DNA of 13,618 nucleotides from the IMG/VR virus record IMGVR_UViG_3300046462_000479; one strand, written 5' to 3'. Positions 1 through 7,714 of the stretch are shown piece by piece; position 1 is the stretch's first letter, and every line of letters begins with the position of its first letter. The notes beneath the pieces are model-generated. The model did no database searches and was not told where the DNA came from. It worked only from the letters and a program-made list of their open reading frames with translations. The stretch is from a virus (Duplodnaviria; Heunggongvirae; Uroviricota; Caudoviricetes). The position numbers and the translations under genes are program-made.

Positions 1-449
1 ATGCCTTGGAAGTTAAGTTTGCGTCCGTTGATCCAGGTGCGTGAGAAGAAGCTGAAGCCGGGCCAGAGGTAGTGGACGCCGGTGGCCGGATGGGTTTGGC
101 CGATGCCGTAGAAGCCGACGGCGTCGAGTTTGTCGATCAGGGTGGTGGTGCGGACAGGGAAGACGTCGTGGTCGAGGAAGCCGATGTAGTCGTAGCCTTG
201 TTCGGCGGCGTAGCGGGCGGCGAAGTCGAGCGCGTCTGGGTGCTCGTGTTTGGCTGATGCGGCCCGCTGGTAGCCGACGCCGATGCCGTGACATGATTTC
301 TCCATGTCGGGGGCGTCTTCGTCGAAGCTGTTGTCGATCAGGCAGATACCGAATGGGTCTTTCAGGTATTTGTCTAGAAGACGTTTCTGTTGTCCGACCA
401 GGTCGGGTCGTCCAAACCCGATCGTGAACAACTCGATTTTCTTCTTCAC
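1..449 (-). CDS. GT-A fold glycosyltransferase, 3'-truncated by the window edge (absent from the ORF track)
   Basis: Manual translation from GTG 449 (GTGA overlap with the 446 stop): MKKKIELFTIGFGRPDL...ICLIDNS...YDYIGFLDHDVFP...HYLWPGFSFF, open to base 1. It has a DxD motif (DHD) after a hydrophobic strand. Confidence 0.75.
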   Translation of the reverse strand, partial: MKKKIELFTIGFGRPDLVGQQKRLLDKYLKDPFGICLIDNSFDEDAPDMEKSCHGIGVGYQRAASAKHEHPDALDFAARYAAEQGYDYIGFLDHDVFPVRTTTLIDKLDAVGFYGIGQTHPATGVHYLWPGFSFFSRTWINGRKLNFQG

Positions 450-1108
450 CTGTTTCCTCGCTGGTTTGTGGTTTTGTCCAGGGCGACGATCTTCCTGGCA
501 TATTCTTTAGGCCAGACTGTTCGGTAGTAGTCATCGTGGTCTGGATGGCAATAAGCTGGCGGAAGCACGATGTTGGGAGGATTGGTAGCAAGGACGCTGT
601 TCAGGGCAGATTCGTCATGCCAGACCGGCGTGATCCCTTGTTCTACGTCTTTGTCGATGCGGAGGGCGATCTGGCTGGAGAGGACGTGCATGTCGTCGTG
701 CGGTCCTCCGACGAAGCCGCCGCAGCAGTAGACGACGCGCAGCTGTTCCGGGACGAAGCAGTGGCTGTCCGGCCGTGTTTCGAAGGGGAGCATGGGGCCG
801 ATCGTGTTGACGTAGCCGGGATGTTGGGTGGCGGTGATGCCGGTGCCGAGGATTTCTGTTCTGACTGGGCCTTCGAAGCGCATGTCGGCGTCGATCAGGA
901 ACACGTAGTCGGTGTCGGGGAACCGGTTGAGCAGGTGGTGGTGGCGGTACATGGTGCCGTCCGGCCAGCCTTCGTCTCCTTCGACGGTGAAGAAGTGGGG
1001 GTTGCGGTCGGCGAGGAAGTGGCTGGTGGCGCTGCTGAACATTTCGCGGGCGAAGTCGGTGTACAGGCCGGGGCTGGCGACGGCTACGAGGCTGACAGAT
1101 TCGGCCAT
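446..1108 (-). CDS. Family 6 (GT6, ABO/alpha-1,3-Gal(NAc)T-like) glycosyltransferase
   Basis: GT6 hallmark motifs in the correct order: VAVASPGLY, YVFLIDADMRF (DxD), QHPGY, PFETRPDSHCFVP, YCCGGFVGG, WHDESALN, C-terminal KIVALDK. Confidence 0.88.
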   Translation of the reverse strand: MAESVSLVAVASPGLYTDFAREMFSSATSHFLADRNPHFFTVEGDEGWPDGTMYRHHHLLNRFPDTDYVFLIDADMRFEGPVRTEILGTGITATQHPGYVNTIGPMLPFETRPDSHCFVPEQLRVVYCCGGFVGGPHDDMHVLSSQIALRIDKDVEQGITPVWHDESALNSVLATNPPNIVLPPAYCHPDHDDYYRTVWPKEYARKIVALDKTTNQRGNR

Positions 1109-1668
1109 AGCCTGGTCATTCCGGCTTGTGATTCGAGGAAGTGGACGGTGTAGCTGTCGGGGGTGCGGGCCATGAAGTCGGCGATGGCTTGTCCGGGCCC
1201 GTTGCGGGTGTCGTGGCAGAGCATGACGGCGGTGGGTGTGATCCGGTGGATGAGTACGAGTTCCCGGAACACGTTTTCTTTCAGGTGGTCGCCGTCGAGG
1301 AAGAAGAGCGGGCTGCGCATACCGGATTGGGCGTAGGCGAGCAGGGCGGTGGTGACGCCGTCTCCTCGTAGCTGTTTGACGGGCATCCGTTTCAGGAACA
1401 GTCCGGTTCCTTGTCCGGCGTGGTCGCGGTCTAACAGTTCCAGTTCGGGGGGCAGGTCGACGGTGACGATGGTCGGTTTAGTTCCTGCTGCTTTGCTGGC
1501 TTCGTGGAAGATGCGGGCTGAGCTGCCTCGGTTGGTGCCCCAGTCGCCGATGAAGTCTGGTTTGAGCCGTTCTACTGTTTCGGCCATGAACGTGACTTCG
1601 TCGCGGCCGTAGCCGGGAAGGCTCATGCCTTCGATTTTCTCGTTGACCTGGTCGACGATGCTGCTCAT
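1084..1668 (-). CDS. Class I SAM-dependent methyltransferase (Methyltransf_24/CmcI-like)
   Basis: Motif I variant IGDWGTNRGSS, then VTVD, LFFLDGDH and LCHD. ATGA overlap with the upstream gene. Confidence 0.8.
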   Translation of the reverse strand: MSSIVDQVNEKIEGMSLPGYGRDEVTFMAETVERLKPDFIGDWGTNRGSSARIFHEASKAAGTKPTIVTVDLPPELELLDRDHAGQGTGLFLKRMPVKQLRGDGVTTALLAYAQSGMRSPLFFLDGDHLKENVFRELVLIHRITPTAVMLCHDTRNGPGQAIADFMARTPDSYTVHFLESQAGMTRLWPNLSAS

Positions 1669-2552
1669 TCGAACGCTCTTCCGATCGCTTGGATCGAGTC
1701 CCGGTAGGTGTAGTTGCTGACGAAGCGTTGTTGTTCGCGGACGAGTTCGAGGTAGTCGTTCCGTTTCAGGCTGAGCGCCCAGTCGAGCTGTTCTTCGAGG
1801 CTGCCGACGGGGAAGCTGAGGCGGTGGGCGAGCAGGAACACGTTGGTGATGCCGAGCTGTCCGTAGCTGACGTTTTTGAAGGCGCGGCAGGGCAGGTAGC
1901 TGTGTTCTGTCTGCCAGCGTCCGGCGAAGGCTGGCGCGATCCTGCCTGCCCGGACCAGCTGCACGTTTTCTGTGTCGCTGATGTGGGTGTACAGGCGTAG
2001 GGAGAGGTGGCGGAGCAGGAGCAGCCGTTCCAGTTCGGAGATCATGGTTTTGTTGCCGAGTTCTGTTCCTGGTTTGGAGGTCAGGTCCGACCAGACGGCG
2101 CCGATGAAGGGGACGGTGGTCGCGGACGGGTTGTAGACGGGTTCGTAGAACTCTTCGGGGAGCAGGTCTGTGCCCCAGGGCTGGAAGAGGATGCGGCTGT
2201 CCGGGTCGTATTGGCGGAAGGTGTGGAGCGGCAGCCCGTAGGCGTCGCTGGTCCAGACTTGGAGGCGGAGTAGCCGGTCGGGTTCGACGGTCCGGCAGAG
2301 CGGGTCGGCACCGTCGAAGTTGTGGATGACGTAGTTGACGCCGGGGATGGCGTTGCCGATCTGTTTGCCGCAGACGTCGGCGGCGATGACGGTGGTGTCG
2401 GGCATGAGTTGGCTACGCGATTCTGGTGTGTCTGGCAGCCATAGGCTGACGATCCCCATTTTTAGGGCGGTCTGGTGGTAGTGGCGCCAGATGTGGCGGA
2501 GGCTGTCGAGGCTGTCGGTGCCGCCCCAGAGGACGAGCCGGTTTACCGCCAT
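1665..2552 (-). CDS. Putative GT-B-type glycosyltransferase (CgeB/Glyco_trans_1_2-like C-terminus)
   Basis: 295 aa. VPFIGAVW, and YLPCRAFKNVSYGQLGITN resembling the RxFE...G...ITN segment. Coupled within the GT operon. Confidence 0.55.
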   Translation of the reverse strand: MAVNRLVLWGGTDSLDSLRHIWRHYHQTALKMGIVSLWLPDTPESRSQLMPDTTVIAADVCGKQIGNAIPGVNYVIHNFDGADPLCRTVEPDRLLRLQVWTSDAYGLPLHTFRQYDPDSRILFQPWGTDLLPEEFYEPVYNPSATTVPFIGAVWSDLTSKPGTELGNKTMISELERLLLLRHLSLRLYTHISDTENVQLVRAGRIAPAFAGRWQTEHSYLPCRAFKNVSYGQLGITNVFLLAHRLSFPVGSLEEQLDWALSLKRNDYLELVREQQRFVSNYTYRDSIQAIGRAFE

Positions 2553-2791
2553 GACTCTTGGAGGAGTTCGGCGCTGGTGCCTAGCGTGGCAACAAGCTGG
2601 CTGGCGGCCCGAACAACGTTTTTGCAGGAGGACCAGAGGGCTTCCAGGTCTTCTCCGTCTGAGTCGGGTAGCTCGATGCCGTTGTCGGCTAGCGCTTTGC
2701 GGTAGAGCAGCAGCTGCATGGTTAGTCTGCCGAGTTCTTCTCGGTGGCGCATCTCGATGGCGATCAATGTGGCGTGTTCGCGGCTAGTCAT
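2543..2791 (-). CDS. Hypothetical helical protein (82 aa)
   Basis: ORF fills the gap with overlaps at both ends and has a helical/coiled-coil-like sequence. Confidence 0.7.
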   Translation of the reverse strand: MTSREHATLIAIEMRHREELGRLTMQLLLYRKALADNGIELPDSDGEDLEALWSSCKNVVRAASQLVATLGTSAELLQESWR

Positions 2792-2948
2792 TGCCGAGAC
2801 CGTATCCGTTGATGAATTCGTCGACGGCCCGCCGCGCGTCTCTGCCTGCCTGGTGTTCCTGTCCTTCTTCGATGATGACTTCGGTCGAGATTCTGAGTTT
2901 GTCTGCCGGGGTGGTTGCTACTTCTAGTTCTATTCGGATTGTTCTCAT
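2784..2948 (-). CDS. Small hypothetical protein (54 aa, MRTIRIELEVATT...GLGND; not in the ORF track)
   Basis: ATG 2948 overlaps TGA 2947-2945 (ATGA). Its TAG 2786-2784 overlaps the next start at 2791, so it fills the operon gap exactly. Confidence 0.7.
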   Translation of the reverse strand: MRTIRIELEVATTPADKLRISTEVIIEEGQEHQAGRDARRAVDEFINGYGLGND

Positions 2949-3748
2949 TCGAAGGTCAGCTCCATTTCTGCGTGTGCTGCAGTTACCCGATCGCTTTTAA
3001 TGCTGTCGAGGTTGAGGCGTCGTCCTTCGCAGTAGGCGTTGTTGAGGTCTCGTTCTGGCGCTTCATGGGTTTCTGCGTACCGGTTCGGGTGTGTTTCGTT
3101 GACGCGGTTGACCGGAACTCCTACTAGGTGCGATTCTCGATAGCAGGACGCGTAGGGGCTGAGCATGGTCTGTGTTTCGGATTGCAGTATTTCTTCGAGC
3201 TGGTTGGGGTTGTTGAAGTTGCGGCTGCCGTCGAGCATGTCCAGTAGGTCGTCTCTGTGGAACAGGTGGCCGTCGAGTGAGCCCATATAGCCGAAGTCGG
3301 CGTCGGCTTGCCGCCAGTCCCAGACAAGCAGGTCGTCGACGGCTTCGAAGGTGGGCAGGCCCTGAATGCGGCGCAGCGGGTAGCACTGGCCTGTGTTCAG
3401 TCCGAGCCGGAGGCTGAAGCAGAGGATCTCTTCCATTTTCAGGGCGACGTCCGGCCGGGTGAGTCCGTTAAGGGGACGGTAGAAGACGCTGTCGTCGGTG
3501 AGGAAGCAGGCGTGGTCGCAGGCGAGGTCGAGCAGGTCGAGGACCTGCGTCTGGAAGTTTGATTCTCTGAAGAAGTCGACGGGGTGGTCTTGCATCGTCT
3601 GCCAGTAGGCTCGTTCGTATTCGTCGTCGGTGGCGGTCCAGATGACGGTGATCTGGTCGAACAGGTTGTCGGTGTGACATGTCACACTGCGTAGGAGCAG
3701 GTCGAGCTGGCAGGCACGGTTTTTGCTGAAGACGATGGCGCTATTCAT
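2945..3748 (-). CDS. Putative GT-A-like glycosyltransferase (267 aa)
   Basis: Start reassigned to ATG 3748 (ATGA overlap). Motifs IVFSKNRACQLDLLLRS, CFLTDDSVF (acidic metal-binding motif), FGYMGSLDGHLF. Confidence 0.62.
   Translation of the reverse strand: MNSAIVFSKNRACQLDLLLRSVTCHTDNLFDQITVIWTATDDEYERAYWQTMQDHPVDFFRESNFQTQVLDLLDLACDHACFLTDDSVFYRPLNGLTRPDVALKMEEILCFSLRLGLNTGQCYPLRRIQGLPTFEAVDDLLVWDWRQADADFGYMGSLDGHLFHRDDLLDMLDGSRNFNNPNQLEEILQSETQTMLSPYASCYRESHLVGVPVNRVNETHPNRYAETHEAPERDLNNAYCEGRRLNLDSIKSDRVTAAHAEMELTFE
3672..3687. repeat. Palindrome copy 1 GTGTGACATGTCACAC
   Basis: Perfect 16-bp palindrome inside the 5' part of the 2945-3748 gene. Confidence 0.95.
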
Positions 3749-3966
3749 GTGTGGGTGGTGCCGTTGATGAGCGCGTGCTTTTTGCAGTGTTTGTGGACGG
3801 TTCCGGGGATGGGGACGGTGGCTGGCCGGATGCAGCCTTTTTCGACGCAGTGGAGGTGTCGGAGGGCGAAGAAGTAGGTGAGCGGCACCCAGATGATGCT
3901 GGCGACGAGGTTGGTGAGAACGGCTCCTGTGTCCCATCCGAACCAGTCGTTGACGATCCGGGTCAT
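3745..3966 (-). CDS. Small membrane protein (73 aa) with a Cys/His-rich C-terminus
   Basis: ATG 3966 (ATGA overlap). Hydrophobic segment GAVLTNLVASIIWVPLTYFFAL, then HCVEKGC...HKHC. Confidence 0.7.
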   Translation of the reverse strand: MTRIVNDWFGWDTGAVLTNLVASIIWVPLTYFFALRHLHCVEKGCIRPATVPIPGTVHKHCKKHALINGTTHT

Positions 3967-4175
3967 AGGGGGATCATGTCCATGTTGGTGATGTCTTCCG
4001 GCCAGAGTCGTCTGATGATCCCGTTGATTTTGACTTCGTAGACGACTCGCGGTTTTTCCCATTCTCCTCTGCGGTCGATGACCCGTTCGACTTCGCTGGG
4101 GGCTGCGACGATTGTTTCTCCGTCTGCTGTTTTGATCTGCCAGCGGAACTCGCGTTGTCTGCTGAGGCCTTTCAT
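3963..4175 (-). CDS. Hypothetical protein (70 aa)
   Basis: 4-bp overlaps at both ends, within the operon. Confidence 0.7.
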   Translation of the reverse strand: MKGLSRQREFRWQIKTADGETIVAAPSEVERVIDRRGEWEKPRVVYEVKINGIIRRLWPEDITNMDMIPL

Positions 4176-4807
4176 TGGTCGTCTCCCGGTCTGATGAGGG
4201 CGATGACGGTTCTATCGAAGACGGGTTCGCCGAGTTCTGCTTGTAGGGCTTGGGTGTAGTCCCAGTCGCCTTCGTATCGTTGGCCGAAGCGTGCGTTGCA
4301 GGGTCGGGCGAGGATCATGGGTGTGCCTATGTCGCCGTGGCGGAGTATGGGTTCTCGCCAGCAGGTGATGCTGCGGGCGGGGTGGTTGTCGCCGAAGTGC
4401 ATCCGGTAGATGGCCCAGGGGGCTGTTTGGCGTCTGAGTTGTCCGAGGGTGCCGGGGACGGCTATGTCGTCGTCGTCGATCGTCCAGATGTAGTCGGCGT
4501 CTGGTTGTTGGTCGAGGACGTGGTTGCGACTGTTGTGGCCCCAGCAGCCTCCGTCGTTGAAGGGGATATAGGTCCAGGTGGCGAGGCTGTAGCGTTTGTG
4601 TTCTTGGCTGAGGTAGGCGACGTCGATGCTTTCTGTTCCTGTTACCAGGTCTGTGTGGACGATGTAGACGTGGTCGTCTTCTTGTAGGTCTGGTGCGAAC
4701 GAGGAGAGGGTGCGGACGAGGGTTTGGCGGCCGATGGTGGGAACGATGATGGCGAGCTTGGTCGGAGAGGGTGTTGCTTCGCCGTCGAGCGTGTTTACTA
4801 CCGTCAC
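4172..4807 (-). CDS. GT2-like glycosyltransferase
   Basis: LAIIVPTIGR, GHNSRN, YIWTIDDDD (DxD), GDWDY. RBS AAAGGAG upstream of GTG 4807. Confidence 0.8.
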   Translation of the reverse strand: MTVVNTLDGEATPSPTKLAIIVPTIGRQTLVRTLSSFAPDLQEDDHVYIVHTDLVTGTESIDVAYLSQEHKRYSLATWTYIPFNDGGCWGHNSRNHVLDQQPDADYIWTIDDDDIAVPGTLGQLRRQTAPWAIYRMHFGDNHPARSITCWREPILRHGDIGTPMILARPCNARFGQRYEGDWDYTQALQAELGEPVFDRTVIALIRPGDDQ

Positions 4808-5010
4808 TTGTTTCTCCTTTCGTGGGGACGGCTCTGGCGCATACTGTCGGTGACGAGGTTGATGGGGTTGAAGGAGGGGAACAGGCAGTTGGTGCAGATG
4901 TGGGGTATGTGGTCCATTAGTCGTCTGGGGGTGTGTTTGCCGCAGTCGATGCAGTCGGCTGTCCCGTAGTCTGGTTGCGGCTGAGGGTTTGGTCCTTTGC
5001 TGCCTACCAT
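4804..5010 (-). CDS. Small Zn-ribbon protein (68 aa)
   Basis: ATG 5010 overlapping the upstream stop. CIDC and CTNC pairs. Confidence 0.65.
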   Translation of the reverse strand: MVGSKGPNPQPQPDYGTADCIDCGKHTPRRLMDHIPHICTNCLFPSFNPINLVTDSMRQSRPHERRNK

Positions 5011-5531
5011 TCCGGGACTGTCGTGAGCGGCTCGGTGGGGCGGCCTTCCATCAGCTGTTTTTTCGGGTTTAGGTGTTGTACTGCTGGGAGGTGCACGTGT
5101 GGCTGCTCCTTGTAGTGGCGGGCGAGAATGTGGCGCATGAGTACGACGTCGACTTGGTTCCAGCTGACGTTTGAGTCTTGGACTCCTTTCATTGCTGCCG
5201 GGTATTTGGCTAGGAATTCTGCTTTGAACCAGGTGCAGCCGAGGGCGGGGCCGACGTCGGTCAGCCACGGGTACGGGTAGCAGCCGTAGGGGCAGCCGCA
5301 GGTCCGGAACGCTTCGATGACGTCATGGCGGACGACGATGTCTGGTTCGACGACCATGAACGTTTCTCCGGTCTGCCAGTGGTTGGCAAGGACGCGTGCG
5401 TAGGCGTGCGGGTCGTCCGCACTGATTTCGGTCAGTTCGAGGTTAACTTCTTGTCCGAGGACGTGCAGTTCGAGGGCCGAGAGCGTTTCGTCGTACAGGC
5501 TGCCTGGCGTGTAGATGGTGACGACCCTCAC
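5004..5531 (-). CDS. Putative short GT-A-like glycosyltransferase (175 aa)
   Basis: FMVVEPDIVV (ExD variant of DxD), ALGCTWF (GxGC-like), WNQVD and a late His, consistent with a GT2-like fold. Confidence 0.55.
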   Translation of the reverse strand: MRVVTIYTPGSLYDETLSALELHVLGQEVNLELTEISADDPHAYARVLANHWQTGETFMVVEPDIVVRHDVIEAFRTCGCPYGCYPYPWLTDVGPALGCTWFKAEFLAKYPAAMKGVQDSNVSWNQVDVVLMRHILARHYKEQPHVHLPAVQHLNPKKQLMEGRPTEPLTTVPEW

Positions 5532-5548
5532 TGGTCGACCCTACGCTT

Positions 5549-7021
5549 CTATCCTGCTTCTGTCCAGCGGCTCCGGCCTGATCCGGGGCTGGCGATGACG
5601 GGGACGGGGAGGCTGGTTTGGTCTGGTAGCGGGTCGGTGGGGGTGAGCGGGCTGGTTCCGGGTTTGAGGCTGGCTTGGTAGCGGTTCCAGGCGTCGTTGT
5701 CTCCGGTTGCTTCGCTGGTCCATTTGCTGCCGCCGGTTTGGGGGATGCCGGTGGGCTGCATGTGTTTTTTGAGTTTCCAGGGCATCCGTTTGACGGCGAG
5801 GGCGACGGCCATGGCGATGTCGTCGTGGGCGCCTTCGGGGACGGCGTAGCGGACTCCGCGGGGGGTGTAGTCGTATTCGAAGCTTTCGAGTTCGTCTCGG
5901 AGGCTGCCGCGGCCGTCGGAGAGTTTGAGGTCGGGGAAGTGGATGCGTTCGTCTTGGATGGCGAGGGCGAGGCCTTCGAGGAGGTCTTGGCGGCTGCGTT
6001 CGCTGAAGGTGTAGCCGAGGACGCGCATGTCTCCGCGTCGTTGTAGGTCTTCGACGATGGCGTCGCCGGTGCCTGTGCTGTCGACGAGGGCTTGGGTTCT
6101 GCCGATGCGGCGGACGATTTCGGTCATGGTTTCGCGGTGGGGTTTGCGGAACCGGTCGAGGTGGGTCATGTCGCCTTGCCGGTCGAGGAGGCAGATGGCG
6201 GTGTAGTCGCGGGCTTCGGCGTCTCGGACGGTGGTGAGGTTGACGGCTCCGCGTCCTGCGAGGTCGACTCCGGCGGCGATCGGCTGCGCTTTCGAGTAGG
6301 CGGGAACGATGCAGTTTTCGATGGCTTTGAGTCCGAACGGGTTTGAGGTGTCGTCGAGGGCTTCGGCCATGTATAGCTGGCGGAAGACGTCGTCTTGGCC
6401 GAGCCGGTGGAAGTCGCGTTGGGCGGCTTTGATTTCGGTGTCGTCGAGGACTCCGGCTTGGACGGCGTCCCAGGCGGTGATGCGGTGGTAGGCCATGTCG
6501 GGTTCGCCGGATTCGGCGAGGCGGCTGAGCCGGTAGAACCAGTTTTTGCGGCCGCGGACGTTGCCGATGATGCGGACGGGTCCTTTGGTGAAGGTGAGGG
6601 TGCTGCGGATGGCGTGCCAGGATTCTTCTCTCATGCGGCTGGCTTCGTCCATGACGCAGGCGTAGACGTCTTCGCCGTAGAGGTCGTCTGGACGGTCGCC
6701 TGATTTGAACATGAGCCGGGTTTGGTTGGGGAGGGTGATGAGGAAGGTGGATTGGTTGCGTTTGCACATTCCTTTGATGGGGTTGAGCATGATCCAGCCG
6801 CGCCGGAAGGCGATTTCGGCTTGGCTGAAGACGGGGGCGACCCACCAGTAGTTTTGTCCGGGGTTGCCGCGGAGGGACTGTTCGATGATCCAGGCGAGGC
6901 AGCCTGATGTTTTTCCGGCTTTGGTTGAGGATTCGATGCAGCTGATGCGTGCGGGGTCGTAGATTGCGGCTTTTTGTTTGGGGTAGAGGGATGCTGGTTC
7001 GAACTGGATGGTTTTGGCCAT
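5549..7021 (-). CDS. terL: Phage terminase large subunit
   Basis: Walker A-like ESSTKAGKT, Walker B CVMDEASR, coupling motif IIGNV. RNase H-like nuclease motifs GVDLA...DYTA, VDSTGTG, HDDIAMAVALA. An in-frame TAA upstream fixes the ATG at 7021. Confidence 0.93.
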   Translation of the reverse strand: MAKTIQFEPASLYPKQKAAIYDPARISCIESSTKAGKTSGCLAWIIEQSLRGNPGQNYWWVAPVFSQAEIAFRRGWIMLNPIKGMCKRNQSTFLITLPNQTRLMFKSGDRPDDLYGEDVYACVMDEASRMREESWHAIRSTLTFTKGPVRIIGNVRGRKNWFYRLSRLAESGEPDMAYHRITAWDAVQAGVLDDTEIKAAQRDFHRLGQDDVFRQLYMAEALDDTSNPFGLKAIENCIVPAYSKAQPIAAGVDLAGRGAVNLTTVRDAEARDYTAICLLDRQGDMTHLDRFRKPHRETMTEIVRRIGRTQALVDSTGTGDAIVEDLQRRGDMRVLGYTFSERSRQDLLEGLALAIQDERIHFPDLKLSDGRGSLRDELESFEYDYTPRGVRYAVPEGAHDDIAMAVALAVKRMPWKLKKHMQPTGIPQTGGSKWTSEATGDNDAWNRYQASLKPGTSPLTPTDPLPDQTSLPVPVIASPGSGRSRWTEAG

Positions 7022-7036
7022 GCGGGGAGTATCGCA
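7022..7036 (-). promoter_or_regulatory. Possible extended -10 for leaderless terL transcription
   Basis: TG-C-GATACT 6 nt before the ATG and no SD upstream of terL. The first position of the -10 is non-consensus. Confidence 0.3.
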
Positions 7037-7040
7037 GATC

Positions 7041-7070
7041 TTGACACACCCCCCTGTACTGTAGTATACT
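7041..7070 (+). promoter_or_regulatory. Sigma70/SigA-type promoter for the rightward gene string
   Basis: TTGACA (7041-7046), 18-nt spacer, TATACT (7065-7070). Confidence 0.75.
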
Positions 7071-7077
7071 TATGTGT

Positions 7078-7160
7078 GGAGGAGTGCTGCGTGTGGGCGC
7101 GCGCTCCTCCCTCTCCAGGGGGGGCGGTCCGCTTGACCCGGCGGGCCGCCCCTTCTCCCC
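7078..7160 (+). other. Structured 5' leader with two hairpins
   Basis: GGAGGAG 7078-7084 / CTCCTCC 7104-7110, and GGGGCGGTCCGC 7121-7132 / GCGGGCCGCCCC 7141-7152 (12 bp, one G-U). Confidence 0.6.
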
Positions 7161-7164
7161 TAGC

Positions 7165-7176
7165 GTGACATGTCAC
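7165..7176. repeat. Palindrome copy 2 GTGACATGTCAC
   Basis: Intergenic, between the leader hairpins and gene 7209. Confidence 0.95.
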
Positions 7177-7208
7177 ACTGGCGGTTCGATCCTATGAGGG
7201 AGAGTGGT

Positions 7209-7433
7209 ATGCCGTACAAACACTATGAGGACAAGTTGGCTGCGCAGCGGCGCTGGTATGCGGCACATCGGGAGCAGGTGATCGCGAGCGTTGCTGCCCG
7301 GAAGCGGTCGTTGTATGCGGGTACGTGTCGGAGCTGTGGCGGGCCGACGGTCGGCAATTCGAAGCTTCAGGTTCCGGAGTGGTGCGGGAAACCTGAGTGT
7401 AGGAGGGCGCAGTGGATAGCAAAGAACAGATGA
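7209..7433 (+). CDS. Small basic Zn-ribbon protein (74 aa)
   Basis: ATG 7209 after GAGGGAGAG. CRSCG and WCGKPEC motifs. Confidence 0.72.
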   Translation: MPYKHYEDKLAAQRRWYAAHREQVIASVAARKRSLYAGTCRSCGGPTVGNSKLQVPEWCGKPECRRAQWIAKNR

Positions 7434-7714
7434 CGGTGATCGTGATGCGGGTGGAGGACCTGGAGGTTCCGTATGTCCCGTCGACGGTGTTGGTGTGTGA
7501 CCGGTGCGGGACGCCGGTGTGGTTGGACGTAAAGAACGTGCCGGTGGTGCGGCGGGAGGCGGCGAAGGTTGTCTGTCAGCGGTGTGCGCTGCCGGAGCTG
7601 CTGGTGTGCGGGATGGATGGGGCGATGGTGGGCGGAGACCGGGTCGACCTGCCGGACGACATGGCGGGCGAGATCATGGCAAACATGGTCGAGGACGAGT
7701 TGGGGCGGTCGTGA
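7430..7714 (+). CDS. Zn-ribbon protein (94 aa)
   Basis: ATGA overlap at 7430. CDRCG and CQRC motifs. Confidence 0.72.
   Translation: MTVIVMRVEDLEVPYVPSTVLVCDRCGTPVWLDVKNVPVVRREAAKVVCQRCALPELLVCGMDGAMVGGDRVDLPDDMAGEIMANMVEDELGRS

Noticed and set aside
288-295. Partial motif GTGACATG
   Set aside because: The right half-site is missing, so it is probably chance within coding sequence.
3749-3937. N-terminal extension of ORF 2945..3937
   Set aside because: It overlaps the real 3745-3966 gene and is low-complexity. ATG 3748 gives the coupled start.
5541-7049. 502-aa Arg/Pro/His-rich ORF overlapping terL (also 13..591, 7761..8567, 9154..9558 and similar)
   Set aside because: Shadow frames produced by high GC and strong strand skew. 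Motif-bearing genes occupy the same DNA in other frames.
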